Source: Lama guanicoe
Lineage: Eukaryota
DNA length: 64,000 nucleotides
Assembly (NCBI GenBank): GCA_013239625.1
Contig: MU056050.1
Coordinates: forward strand, 4,202,084-4,266,083
Reading direction: 5' to 3'
Shown: one piece after another, positions 1-12,850 of the stretch
How the letters are laid out: every line of letters starts with the position of its first letter
Numbering within the stretch: the stretch's first letter is position 1
Notes under the pieces: model-generated
Database searches by the model: none
What the model was told of the DNA's origin: nothing
What the model saw: the letters and a program-made list of their open reading frames with translations, nothing else
Made by a program: the position numbers and the translations under genes

Positions 1-229
1 TACAAGGGCAAGAGCCACAGCTCAGGGCATGTACAGGATGCTGCCGCAGAGGTTAGAGGTGCTTTCACCGGAGAGGCGGAAGAGGACTTACAAAGCGACG
101 TGATTTACGAGCTGCAGCAGCGGTCTCCAAGGCTGTGTGCGCTCATCCTAGGGAGTGCACAGGATGATTCCGTGCGGTACGCAGAAGAAAATAGTGAAGT
201 CTCCATTTATACTTGTTTTCTACCAAAAA
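1..229 (+). other. CpG-containing non-repeat segment; candidate exon running off the window edge (gene unidentified)
   Basis: About 11 CpGs in the first 185 bp of a CpG-depleted window. Frame +1 is open from base 1 (YKGKSHSSGHVQDAAAEVRGAFTGEAEEDLQSDVIYELQQRSPRLCALILGSAQDDSVRYAEENSEVSIYTCFLPK) up to a donor-like A|GTAAGA at 229/230. The peptide is not recognised, and a minus-strand acceptor-like tract also exists near 221-240. Confidence 0.3.
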
Positions 230-799
230 GTAAGAAATATATTATGCTCATCAATATTTTATAAACAGATTGACAGTAGTCTGTATGTGATTATGAAACT
301 ATATGATATATATTTTGATGTATTAACCACATTGCTTATTTAAGTTATATAAATTTTACAAATACACAAATTATATTTATTATATAAATATCATTTATAT
401 ATAAAATTATAATATTGTATATATATGTACAATTATTAATAGGTGTCCTTTTTGTGACTGATAGTCTGCAGAATGGCTGTGGGGGTCAGCAACACCCCTA
501 TACTAGCCTTTATCTGCAGGCGGAGGCTAAGGTGCTGTTTTCTAGAGAAGTGAATGACGTACCAGGAAGGGATTAGTGCTTTAGTTACCATAGTTGATAC
601 CTCACAGAAGAGCTGTCCTCATTTTGGTTTACAGAAGAGTGACTGTGCGCCTGTTTTCTGCCATAAGCACTAAAATATAAACCACTTGTGTGAAATTAGA
701 TCTGACTTTCAGGATTGAGGCTTGTGAAAGAAGATCTTAATAATGGCAGAAGAATTGCTTGGTAGTGACCTATAATAATCCACCTAGTCTTTCATTTGT

Positions 800-2300
800 A
801 AGTATGACTAGAAAACCAAGCATCATCAGATATTTGAGAAAAACTGGAAGCGTCAAAGGAAGCACAACTAACCCTGGAAGAACCAAGGATAATTTGGAAG
901 AAAATAACTTTTAAAAAGCATGCTAATCAGTATTTTTGAGAGAATCAAGAAGAGCCCACTTTGATAAAATAAGAACAGGTGGCTATAAGAAGAGTAATCA
1001 GAAAACAAGGTTACATTTAAATTTGATTAAAAGTTAGAAAGTCAAGATAATTAATTCAAATTGAATGTAAAATGAATTGCAAAAATATGGGATATCACAT
1101 AGATGGTGAAAGTTTTATAGGCAAACAGTAAGAATCACATGTCAGAGCCACTTATCAGTGAATATCTAGTAATATTAGATCAGTTCAAAATTGAAGGGAG
1201 AGAAAAATTGATCAATATAATGACATGGTAGGTGCTTCACAAGAAGCTAATCCAAATATCAAAATATTAGGGGAGCCTTTTGGAAAATGAATGAAGCTTT
1301 CAAATATTTTTGCAAAAATTACCTTACTTATTTTCATGCTGTGGAATGTAAATACAAAATGAAGAATGTAGTAGACTATTATCTTATAATTTGGTTGAGA
1401 AAATTTTTCCCCAGTCCCCCCTTCAAAGTAAATACTTCTTTCATTCATGTTTATTCTAAGAAATTAATGCAGTTTTAATTGAAACATAAATGTCATTAAA
1501 TATAAGATTTAAATAAAAGTAAATTTTAATTTTTTTCAGGCAGGTTTTATAAAACCTCTAATTTCTGCTATTTTCATAACTCTGAAATTTTGGTTCTTGT
1601 TTTCAGCATTTTCACTTTAAGTGGGATTTTTTTAAGCATGGATAATGAATTCTTAGAATAGTATGATTTAAGAAGCTGGATAATCTTAGTCATGAGGCAA
1701 ATAAGACATACATTTCTTATGTCAACAACCAAAAAAGAAAAAAAAAACCTAACCTGTCATGCTAGCAAAAACAAGAAGCTCTGTAAGGATGTAATGATCC
1801 AAATAGGAAGCAAACTAAAATGTGGCATGATTTTGAGCATTGAATGGAGTGTAAAATAGAAGAATACATTTGACTTTGATGCTTGAAGCATCTTCCCTTA
1901 AGAAGGTACATCATTGTTTTCTGTAGATCCACTCATGCTACTTGGCTCTGCAGTGAAAAATATTTACAGAATTACAATATTGAAAATTATAACCTACATA
2001 TTTATATGATTTTTAACAAAAAACCCAATAGATAATGATAGAATTTTAATTATATTTGAAATGCAGGATTATGTCCTAAATTTTGTCAGTGTAAAAGGAA
2101 AAGATCATGTTAAGTTAGGATGTAAAAGGGAGGAAGAAGTTTATACTTTTTCTCTGACTTAGTGGGGGAGTCAATGGCTATAATTTAAAATCAGTAAGTT
2201 AAGAAATAGGGCTTTATAAAAATAATCAACAGAAGAATTATTAAAAACAAAATATATCTAACAGATATGGAGAAGACTAGAGAAAAACAGTCTACTAATT
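800..2300 (+). mobile_element. Ancient HAL1/L1M-type fragments (fragmented)
   Basis: A-rich ORF1-like sequence at 810-1010 and the motif ACTTGGCTCTGCAGTGAAAAATATTTACA near 1940 resemble HAL1 as I recall it. Heavily diverged. Confidence 0.45.
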
Positions 2301-2320
2301 GAGCTCAATTCTTTACATTT

Positions 2321-2440
2321 TTAAAATTTTTTGAGGGGGTGGGTAGCCTTATTTATTTTTAGAAGAGGTACTGGGGATTGAACCCAGGACCTCATGCATG
2401 CTAAGCATGCACTCTACCACTTGAGCTATACCTTTTCCCC
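2321..2440 (-). mobile_element. tRNA-derived SINE, camelid Vic-1-like
   Basis: Reverse strand reads GGGGAAAAGGTATAGCTCAAGTGGTAGAGTGCATGCTTAGCATGCATGAGGTCCTGGGTTCAATCCCCAGTACCTC, with Pol III A and B boxes and an A-rich tail. TSD AATTCTTTA(C/T)ATTT at 2307-2320 and 2441-2454. Confidence 0.9.
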
Positions 2441-2754
2441 AATTCTTTATATTTAAACAAATACTCTTTAAATTTTCATTTAAAAAATAGGAGTATAAGC
2501 ATATTATTTAGAGTTTTGACATAATCACCAGAAAAACAAAAGAAATGACTCCTAAATTGTGTGACTGGTAATATGAGAATGGAGTGGATTTTAAAAAACT
2601 TTTCAATACCCTTCTGTACTTTCAAAATTTTATTTCCATGTGCATGTATAATATCCTCTTCTCTACCCTCTAATTTCTTCCTCCTGAAGTAGTCAATGGT
2701 AAGAATTGGACATATTTCCATTCACACACTTATATCTGCTAATAGTCTCAATTT

Positions 2755-2810
2755 TCTCTCTCTCTCTCTCTCAGACACACATACACACACATATGCATAC
2801 AAATAACATA
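2755..2810. repeat. (TC)n(CA)n microsatellite
   Basis: tctctctctctctctctcagacacacatacacacac seen directly. Confidence 0.8.
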
Positions 2811-2899
2811 CATACAAATTAGTGCTTTTGTTTTCTGTAGATGAGATTCTCAAAAAATATAATAAAATGCGTATATTATTTTAATAGATTTTGCAATAT

Positions 2900-4010
2900 T
2901 ACTTGTTTAAAAAGTTGTATTTCACAATCCCAGAATCAATAATGAGAATGCTGTGTCTCATATTTCTGACAATACTGAATTTTATTATCCTTGTTCATTT
3001 TACCATCAGACGGATAAAAAAAAAAAGTAATTACATTATTGTTTTAACTTGAATTTCCCTGACCACTGGTGAAATTGAGTCTCTTTTCACATGAATATTT
3101 GCATTTTGATTTTCTTCTTCCCTGGATTGACTGTTTGTAACCTTTATTCATATTCCTATTTGATAATTAGTCTTTTCCTCACTAAGCACAGTATCTTTTT
3201 TTTCCTAATTAGTCATATTAATCCATAGTTAGGGTCAGCAAATTTAGAAAATATTTGGGACATGATTGTATATTTTAAATTATTGATTGTTTATCTGAAA
3301 TTCAGATTTAAGTGGTATTCCTGTATTTTATCTGAAAGAATACTCAGTCTGTTATTTACTTGATTTTGTTTATGATCTCCCTTTCCAAACTATTAAGTAA
3401 TTGAGTTTATTAATAATTTTCTAATGGCTTCTGTTTTCCTGTCTTGATTGAGAAGGTATTCCCCACTCCATGGAATGTGAATATTTCCTGTTATTGTCAA
3501 ATGTTTCTATTATATATGCTACATTTAAATATTTACTCCATATGGAATTTATTTTTTGATTATGTCAAGTGGTACACTTTTTTCTCAAATACTCATTTTT
3601 TCCAACACCTTCATCAAATAAATTATGCTTTCTCAACTGAATTAAAGTGCCAATTTTGCCACATTTTAATTTATAATACATCTTAGATCTATTTAGACAG
3701 TTATGCTCCTCAAATAATCTATTTGTCTATTCTTATCCACTTGACTTTAGAGTAAGTTTACTATCTGATATAGAAGGTCTTATATCACTAATGCTGCACT
3801 ATTAATTTTAATGTAATATTCTTTGCATTTGATGATCTTTATTGTTACATATAAAATTTTATATTATTTGATCCGACTCTAAAAATTTGAAATGAGTAAA
3901 TTTATGTCTTCATTTGACAATAAATTGATGTGTTCATGCTATCAACCATCCCTATGCAGGAGAATGCTAATCATTCCCACTAATTCTGGTATTTTTATAT
4001 CTTTCTATAA
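2900..4010 (-). mobile_element. Ancient L1ME-like ORF2 3' region
   Basis: Degenerate antisense L1 ORF2 motifs, e.g. ttgttttaacttgaatttccctgacc and ttttccaacacc. Confidence 0.6.
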
Positions 4011-4034
4011 AAATGTGTTTTTAACTTAATTAAA

Positions 4035-4376
4035 TATTCTTTATTGAGATGCTACTCTATACCATTTAATATTTTAACCCTTTAAAGTATTAAATCCAGA
4101 AGTTTTACAATATTAACATAGATGTGCCACCATAGCCATCTAATTACCAAAAAAAATCACACCAAAAAGAAAGTACATACCCATTAACAATCATTTCCAA
4201 TTCCTCTCTTCCCTCAGTCCTTGACAAACACTAATCTACTTTCTGTCTTTATAGATTTACCTATTCTGGACATTTCATATAAATTGAATCACATAATACA
4301 TTGTATTTTGAGATTGGATTCTTCTACTGTGAACATTCATGTTCAAGTATTTGTGTGGACATTTGTTTTCATTTCT
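4035..4376 (-). mobile_element. L1MB-like 3' end, split by the full-length L1; continues at 11870-12290
   Basis: Typical antisense L1MB 3'UTR (cactaatctactttctgtct...ctattctggacatttcatata). Sequence resumes in register after the TSD copy at 11870. Confidence 0.75.
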
Positions 4377-4689
4377 TTTTTTAACACTTTTTATTGAGTT
4401 ATAATCATTTTACAATGTTGTGTCAAATTCCAGTGAAGAGCACAATTTTTCACTTATACATGAACGTATATATATTCATTGTCACATTCTTTTTTGCTGT
4501 GAGCTACCACAAGATCTTGCATATATTTCCCTGTGCTATACAGTATAATCTTGTTTATCTATTCTACATTTTGAAATCCCAGTCTATCTCTTCTCACACC
4601 CTTCCCCATTGGCAACCAAAAGTTTGTATTCTATGTCTATGAGTCTGTTTCTGGTCTGTATTTCTGTTTTGTTTTATTTTGTTTTGTAG

Positions 4690-7600
4690 TTAGATTCCAC
4701 ATATGAGCGATCTCATATGGTATTTTTCTTTCTCTTTCTGGCTTACTTCACTTAGAATGGTATTCTCCAGGAGCATCCATGTTTCTGCAAATGGCATTAT
4801 GTTGTCGGGTTTTATGGCTGAATAGTATTCCATTGTATAAATATACCACCTCTACTTTATCCAGTCATCTGTTGATGGACATTTAGGCTGTTTCCATGTC
4901 TTGGCTATTGTAAATAGCACTGCTATGAACATTGGGGTGCAGGTGTCATTTTGAAGTAGGGTTCCTTCTGGATATATGCCCAGGAGCGGGATTCTTGGGT
5001 CATATGGTAAGTGTATTCCTAGTCTTTTGAGAAATCTCTGTACTGTTTTCCACAGTGGCTGCACCAAACTGCATTCCCACCAGCAGTGTAGGAGGGTTCC
5101 CTTTTCTCCACAGCCTGTCCAGCATTTGTCATTTGTGGATTTTTGAATGATGGCCATTCTGACTGGTGTGAGGTGATACCTCATTGTAGTTTTGATTTGC
5201 GTTTCTCTGATAATTAGTGATATTGAGCATTTTTTCATGTGCCTATTGATCATTTGTATGTCTTCCTTGGACAATTGCTTGTTTAGGTGTTTTGCCCATT
5301 TTTGGAGTGGGTTGTTTGTTTTTTTCTTATTAAGTCTTATGAGCTGCTTATCTATTCTTGAGATCAAGCCTTTGTCGGTTTCATTTGCAAAAATTTTCTC
5401 CCATTCCGTAGGTTGTCTTTTTGTTTTACTTATGGTTTCCTTGGCTGTGCAGAAGCTTGTTAAGTTCATTTAGGTCCCATTTGTTTATTCTTGCTTTTAT
5501 TTCTATTGCTTGGGTGGACTGTTCTAGGAGAACATTTTTGAGATGTATGTCAGATACTGTTTTGCCTATATTTTCTTCTAGGAGGTTTATTGTATCTTGT
5601 CTTATGTTTAAGTCTTTGATACATTTTAAGTTTATTTTTGTGTATGGTGTAAGAGAGTGTTCTAGCTTCTTTGATTCATATGCTGCTGTCCAGTTTTCCC
5701 AACCCCACTTGCTGAAGAGACTGTCTTTATTCCATTGTATATTCTTGCCTCCTTTGTTGAAGATTAGTTGACCAAAAGTTTGTGAGTTCATTGCTGGGCT
5801 CTCTATTCTGTTCCATTGGTCTATATGTCTGTTTTGGTACCAATACCATGCTGTCTTGATGACTGTAGCTCTGTAGTATTGTCTGAAATCTGGGCGAGTT
5901 ATTCCTCCAGCCTCTTTCTTTTTCTTCAGTAATGCTTTGGCAATTCTAGGTCTTTTGTGGTTTCATATAAATTTTATTATGATTTGTTCTAGTTCTGTGA
6001 AATATGTCCTGGGTAATTGGATAGGGATTGCATTAAATCTGTAGATTGCCTTGGGCAGTATGACCATTTTAACAATATTGATTCTTCCAATCCAGGAGCA
6101 TGGGATATCTTTCCATTTTTTAAAGTCTTCTTTAATTTCCTTCATCAATGGTTTATGGTTTTCTGTGTATAATCCTTTCACCTCCTTGGTTAGATTTATT
6201 CCTAAGTATTTTATTACTTTGGGTGCTATTTTAAAGAGAACAGTTTCTTTACTTTCTTTTTCTGTTGATTCATTGTTAGTGTAAAGAAATGCCACTTATT
6301 TTTTAACATCAATCTTGTAACCTGCTACCTTGCTGAATTCTTCAATCAGCTCTCGTAGTTTTTGTGTGGACCGTTAAGGGTTTTCTATACATAGTAACAT
6401 GTCGTCAGCATATAGTGACACTTTTACTTCTTCTTTTCCAATTTGGATGCCTTTTATTTCTGATTCTTCCCTGATTGCTGTGGCTAGGACTTCCAGGACT
6501 ATGTTGAATAGGAGTGGTGATAGTGGGCATCCTTGTCTTGTCCCAGATTTTAGTGGGAAGCTTTTGAGTTTTTCACTGTTGAGTACTATGCTGGCTGTAG
6601 GTCTGTTATATATAGCTTTTATTATGTTGAGATATATTCCCTCTATACCCACTTTGGTGAGAGTTTTTATCATAAATGGGTGTTGAATTTTATCAAATGC
6701 TTTTACTGCATCTATTGAGATGATCATGTGGCTTTTGTCCTTTCTCTTGTTGATGTGATGTATTACGATTGATTTGCATGTATTGAACCAGCCTTGTGTC
6801 CCTGGGATGAACCCCACTTGGTCATGATGTATAATCTTTTTTATGTGTTGTTGGATTCTATTTGCTAATATTTTTGTGAGGATTTTTGCTTCTGTGTTCA
6901 TCAGTAATATTGGCTTATAATTCTCCTTTTTGGTAGTGTCTTTGCTTGGTTTTGGTATCAGGGTGATGGTGGCTTCATAGAATGAGTTTGGGCGTATTCC
7001 CTCCTTTTCAACCTTCTGGAAGAGTTTGAGAAGGACTGGTATGAGTTCTTCTTTGTATGTTTGGTAGAATTCCCTGGTGCAGCCATCTGGTCCTAGACTT
7101 TTATTTGTAGGGAGGTTTTTTTATTGCTAGTTCAATTTAATTTCTAGTGATCGGTTTGTTCAAGTGGTCAGTTTCTTCTCTGGTTCAGTCTTGGTGGACT
7201 GTATATGTTTCCAGAAATTTGTCCATCTCCTCTAGGTTATCCATTTTGGTTCCATATAGTTTTTCATAATATTCTCATGTGATATTCTGTATTTCTAAGT
7301 TATTTGTTGTAGTTTCTCCATTTTCCTTCCTTATTGCTTATTTGTGCTCTCTCGTATTTCTTCTTTGTGAATTTGGCCAAAGGTTTGTCGATTTTATTTA
7401 CTTTTTCAAAAAACCAGCTTTTGGTTTGATTGATTTTTTCTATGGTTTTTAAATCTCTATTTTATTTATTTCCTCCTTGATCTTTATTATTTCCTTCCTT
7501 CTGCTGCCTTTTGTGGTTTTTTGCTCTTCTTTTTCTAATTCTTTTAGCTTATGGGTTAGATTGTTTATTTGAGATTATTCTTCTTTTTTGAGGAAGGCCT

Positions 7601-8502
7601 GTATCACTATAAACTTCCCTCTTAGCATTACCTTTGCTGCGTTCCATAGATTTTGTGTTGTTGTGTGTTCATTTTCATTTGTCTAAAGGTATTTTTTTTA
7701 TTTCAACTTTGATTTCATCATTGACCCATTTTTTTTTAATAGCATGTTGTTTAATCTCCATGCTTTCCTTTTTTTCTCCTTTGTTTCTCTGTTGTTGATT
7801 TCTAGTTTCATGGCATTGTGGTCAGTAAAGATGCTTGAGATAATTTCTATCTTCTTAAAATTGTTGAGGCTTCTTTTGTGCCCAAGTACATGATCAATCC
7901 TAGAAAACGTTTCACGTGCACTTGAAAAGAATTATATCCTATTTTGGGGGTGTGTAATGCTCTGAAAATATCCACCAAATCTAATTTTTCTATTGTATTA
8001 TTTAATTTCTCTGTTGCCTTATTTATTTCTGTCTTGAAGATCTGTCTAGTGATGTTAATGTGATGTTGAAATCTCCGACTATGATTGTATTCCCATCAAT
8101 TTCCCCCTTTATCTCTGTTAGTAATTGTTTTATGTACTTAGGTGCTCCTATGTTGGGTGCATATATATTAATGAATGTAGTATCCTCATCTTGTATTATT
8201 CCTTTAATCATTGTAAAATGTTCTTCTTTATCTTTCTTTATGGCCTTTGTTTTAAAGTCTATTTTGTCTGAAATCAGTACTGCAACACCTGCTTTTTTGG
8301 CTTTTCCATTTACATGGAATATCCTTTTCCATCCTTTCACTCTCAATCTATATGTGTCCTTCTCCCTAAAGTGGGTCTCCTGTATGCAGCATATTGAAGG
8401 TTCTTGCTTTATTTTCCAGTCTTCCACTCTTTGTTTTTTGACTGGAGCATTTAGTCCATTAACATTTACAGTAATTAATGATAGATGTGTGTTTATTGCC
8501 AT
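4690..8502 (-). pseudogene. L1 ORF2 (endonuclease/reverse transcriptase), frameshifted
   Basis: ORF pieces 8023-8502 (NVNGLN, CIQETH, GDFN endonuclease motifs), 6374-6901 (QGCPLSP, YADD RT motifs), 5963-6295, 5426-5791 and 4852-5469 (HCWWEC C-terminal domain). Confidence 0.95.
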
Positions 8503-8905
8503 TTTGAACTTAACTTTGGAGTTGATTTGGTATTTCCTCTTTGTTCCTTTCTTCTTCCTTTTGTGGTTTGGTAATTTTCCTTTGTATTATCATGGATTTT
8601 ATTTAGTTTTTGTGACTCACTTGTAAGTTTTTGGCTTGTGGACCCTTTTTTGTAAGTCTATTAGCTCACTACTGTAACTGTTTTTATTAAACTGATAGTA
8701 ATATAATCTTAAACCCATCCTACCAAGAACAAAAAATTTAAAAAAGAAAGAAAAAAAACTCTATATTGTCTTGATTCCCTCTCCCACTCTTAATGATTTA
8801 GATGTCTTCTTTTACAATTTTGTGTTTATTTTATTTGTAATTTATGAGTTATCACCTTTCCAGTTATGAGTTTCTCATTTCTGTAGCATCCTGCTTCTTT
8901 TCTAT

Positions 8906-9800
8906 TTAAAGTAGACCTTTCAATAGTTCTTTTAGCATGGGTTTAGTGTTGCTAAACTCTTTTAGTTTTTTATTGTCTATGAAATTCTTTATCTCTCCTT
9001 CTATCCTAAAGGATAGCCTTGCTGGATAAAGTATCCTAGGCTGCATCTTTTTTTCATTCAGGACTTTGAATATATCTTGCCACTCCCTTCTGGCCTGTAG
9101 TGTTTGTGTAGAGAAATCAGCTGAGAGCCTTATGGGGGTTCCCTTGTAGTTCACTCTTTGCTTTTCTCTTGCTGCCTTTAGGATAATTTCTTTATCCTTG
9201 ACTCTGGCCATCTTGATTATGATATGTCTTGGTGTGGGTCTATTAGTTTCTTCCTGGACCCTTTGAATTTCCTGTACTTGGATATCTGATTCTTTCTTTA
9301 AGTTTGGGAAGTTTTCAGTCATGATTTCTTCCAATACCTTTTCAATCTCCTTTGACCTTTCTTCCCCTCTGGGACCCCGATTATGCGTAGATTGGCAGAC
9401 TTTATATTATCCCACAGGTTCCTTATGTTGTTTTCATTAGATTTTATTTGCTTTTCTCTCAGCTATTGTGATTGGGTGTTTTCTGTTGTCCTGTCTTCTA
9501 GGTCACTAATTCGTTCCTCTGCATTATCTAGGCTGCTTTGTACAGCCTTTAGATCAGTTCTCATATCAGCCAGTGAGCTTACCAATTCTACTTGGCTCTT
9601 CTTTATAGCTTTAATTTCATTTTTGACATATTTATATCTCTAAACACTATCTCTTTTAGTTCCTTCAGTATTTTGATCACTCCTTTTTTGAAATCTTGAT
9701 CTAGTAGGCTATCTATGTCTATTTCATTGATTGTTCTTTCAGGGGATTTCTCTTGCTCTTTTAATTGGGAATGGTTCCTCTGTTTCTTCATCTTGCTCAT
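8906..9800 (-). pseudogene. L1 ORF1 (RNA-binding chaperone), frameshifted
   Basis: ORF pieces 9603-9800 (MSKMKKQRNHSQLKEQEKSPE) and 8906-9334 (ENFPNL, RPTPRHIIIKM, IRLSADFS, YPARLSF). Confidence 0.95.
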
Positions 9801-9915
9801 ATCTCTCTGGCACTGTGGTTTATGGAGTAGCAGTTATCTATTGTGGTCCTTAAGGAGTTTATTTACTTATCTATCTAATGCCTATGTAGGAATAAAACTT
9901 TAAAAAAAAGAGAGA

Positions 9916-10590
9916 GAGAGAATTTTAAAAGAAGGGAGGGAAAAAAGTTTTGAAAACAGTATATAATCAATAATAGAAGAGCAGTTTGAATCAGACTAGC
10001 AATTGAGTTGAGATGTGTTTTTAAAAACCCTTAAAAAAAGTTAAAAAGATCAAAAAACAATATTTGAAACCTAATCAATAACAGGAGGTCAAAACCAAAA
10101 GAAATGAAAATGAAATCAGGTGCGGTTTTGAAAATACTTTAAAAGAAAAAAATTTAAGGGATTAAAACTAGAAGCATATACAATTGTTTAGAAAGTAGAA
10201 ATTTAAAAGGTAATAGAAAATAGAACAGATAAAAAAGATAAAACAAAGAGAGAATTTTAAAAGAAGGGAGAAAAAAAGGTTTGAAAACAGTGTCTAATGA
10301 ATAATAGAAGAGCAAGTTGAAGCAAAATAGCAATTGGGTTGAGACATCTTTTAAAAACCTTTAAAAAAGGAGAAAAGAGAAAAACAATATATTTGAAACC
10401 TGTGTATAATCAATAACAGGAGATCAAAACCAAGAGAAATAAAAATGAAATGAGGTGAATTTTTTAAAATAATAATAATAAAAATATTTTTAAAGAAAAA
10501 TTTTAAAGGGATTAAAACTGGAAGCATATATAATTGTTTAAAAAGTAAAAATTAAAAAGGTAATATAAAATAGAACAGGTAAAAACAGAT
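9916..10590. repeat. Two diverged tandem ~330 bp units in the L1 5'UTR
   Basis: Units at ~9916-10240 and ~10247-10590 both begin GAGAGAATTTTAAAAGAAGGGAG and share GGGATTAAAACT(A/G)GAAGCATATA. Confidence 0.9.
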
Positions 10591-11869
10591 TTAAAAAAAA
10601 GAGGGGGGGTAGCTGGTGTTCTCATGGAGACTGTGCACTCTAAATGAGAAGTCTTTCTGTCTTCGCCCTGTTTCACAAACTCAGCTTGCTGCTTCCAGCG
10701 GCCATCCATTGGCACCCTTGTCTGTGCTGCTCCCAGTGCCTGTTGGCAAGCAGATCGCACCCACTTCCAATACTGGGTCAGGTGCAGCTCTCCTTCACTG
10801 TGGGTGGGTGGGTCACTTCCCCTCCCAATGCGGCAGTCAGATGTTGCAGACTGGCCTGGTAGGTGGTGGATTGCACCCCCTCCCAGCACCGTGGTCAGGT
10901 GCTGCGTTCCTGCCAGGAAGGCGGGTGGCCGCCCACCCTCTCCCTGCGCTGGTCTGTGCAGCTGCCTGTTCCGCCTCAGGTTGGCACTCCATAAGCGGGC
11001 TCAGGGAAGACCTCGGAACAGCCCCACCCCTACTCCAGGCCAAAACTCAGCTCTTTATTTGTCTTGGCAGCACGAGTTCTCTGAGGTACCAGAGCGGAAG
11101 GATTCTATCTGCCTTGGGCTGTAAACAAGTCTCCATCTGGCCTTTGAGGCTGCTAAGCCCTTAGATACGGATTCAGGTTTCGCCCCCACCCCTGCCTGGG
11201 TGCTAAGCGCCATAGGATATGGTGGCTGTGCCTGAGCCCTGCCTCTCTTTGCCCGAAAACCTTCCCTGGGTTTTCACAGATTGGGGTATAGCACCCTTCC
11301 CTCCAGGGCACATCAGCCATGTTGTTTTATGGAGGGCCCAGGTTGTTCTGCCCTGTGTACCTACTCATCCATGGTGCACAGCACCCTGCAATCCCCCGGG
11401 ACTGCCTCAGTGCAGCTGCCCCAGTCCTCTGCCCAACTCGGGCAGCCTGTCCTGGCCCCCAGCTGCTGGCTCGCGTGTCGGGCTGGGTGTCGCAGGGACC
11501 CACTGTGCCCGTTTAACTTAGTTCTGTCAGTCAAGGGGTGTTCCATACATGTCCGAGCCTCGGAGGCTCCCCCTCCATCCCACTGTCCTCTCCATTGGAG
11601 GGAGGAGATCCAGCAAATGAGTGCTAGTCCTCCTTTGCCGCTCCCTCCCCACGGGACCGGTTCCACACTGTTTTGCCTTTTCTTCTTTCTTTTTTCCTTT
11701 TCTCCTACCAGATTTTTGGCGTCTTTGTCTTTTGAAGAGGGCGATGTTCTGTTGGGGTTCCACAGGTGCTCTGGTTGGCTGAGTGGGTCTGTGGATGTGA
11801 TTCTTGGTGTATTTGTGGGAGAGGGTGAGCTACGAGCATCCTTCTACTCCACCATCTTGGTCTCCTCCA

Positions 11870-12850
11870 TTGTTTTCATTTCTATTAGGTATGTACCTAA
11901 GAGTGGAATTGCCAAGCTATAGGATAACTCTATGTTTAAATGTTTGAGAAACTGCTAAACTCTTTCCCATATAGGCTGCACTAGTAACGTATGAGGGTTC
12001 CAGTTTTGCCACATCTTCATCAACACTTATTATTGTCTGTCTTATTTATCTGCCACCCTAGTGGGTGTGGAGTTGAATCACATGGTGATTTTCATGATGT
12101 TGAGCATCTGTTCATTTTCTTAATTACCATTTATATATACCTTCTTTGGAGAAATGTGTATTCAAATCCTTTGCTCTTTTAAAAGTGGATTGTAGACTTT
12201 TTATTGTTGATTTAGTAGAATTTGTTACATAGCCTGGATACTAAACTATTATAAGATACATAATTTGCAAGTATTTCCACCCATTATGCTTTTTGTTTAT
12301 CCATACCCAGAAATCTTCTTAAATTATGTCACTCACTTTGATAATTTTTTTAAAGTAGACCTTCTTAGGTTGTCTAAATCAATAATTGAATCACCACAAA
12401 TAAGAAAAAAATGTCAACTGGTTTCTAATATTTATGCTAATTATTTCAGCCTCTTATATTGGATAAAACTTCTAAAACAAACCTTATTGGCATGGTAGCC
12501 AATCTCATTGACTTATTTCTAATTTATTGAAAATGGCTTCAATATTTTACAACTAAAATAATATTTGATGCTGGCTTTTCATAAATAGTATTTTTCATAA
12601 TTACTAGTCCTATTTTATTGAGAGTCATACTAGGAATTGGTTTTGGAATTCTATTAAATGTCATTTCAGTATTTAAAGATATAACCATATGGTTTCCTTC
12701 ACTTAATCTGTTAATGTAATGACCTTTGTTCTTATATTTCTTAATGATGAAAATGATGAACCATCCTTACAATTTTAAAATTAAGCATATTTGATTCTTG
12801 TGTATACTTATTGTTAGATTCACTTATGATTTCTATTGTTAATATTTCAT
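11870..12850 (-). mobile_element. Continuation of older L1MB (to ~12290) and L1ME-like ORF2 fragments
   Basis: Antisense L1 motifs taagagtggaattgc, gatgttgagcatct and tctttggagaaatgt. Confidence 0.7.

Larger units (their letters stand above)
4377..11869 (-). mobile_element. Full-length lineage-specific LINE-1 (~7.5 kb), inactivated
   Basis: 5' start GGAGGAGACCAAGATGGTGGAGTAG (reverse strand, ~11868), GC-rich 5'UTR, ORF1, ORF2, 3'UTR. 14 bp TSD TTGTTTTCATTTCT at 4363-4376 and 11870-11883. Confidence 0.97.

Noticed and set aside
1540..1660. Possible second + exon (CAG|GCAGG...AATA|GTATGA) that would splice in frame to 1-229 (SRFYKTSNFCYFHNSEILVLVFSIFTLSGIFLSMDNEFLE)
   Set aside because: Lies among HAL1/L1-like fragments, has a weak donor and an unrecognised AT-biased peptide; in-frame joining has about a 1-in-3 chance.
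2365..2440. tRNA-like sequence with A and B boxes
   Set aside because: It is the head of a SINE with A-rich tail and TSD, not a tRNA gene.
5192..8626. Long + strand hydrophobic ORFs (e.g. 8060-8626, 5421-5771; also 32835-33371 and 37403-37963)
   Set aside because: Antisense shadows of L1 ORF2, not genes.
10512..11922. Multiple overlapping ORFs up to 213 aa
   Set aside because: GC-rich L1 5'UTR has few stop codons; no recognisable protein. An ORF0-like role cannot be supported from sequence alone.
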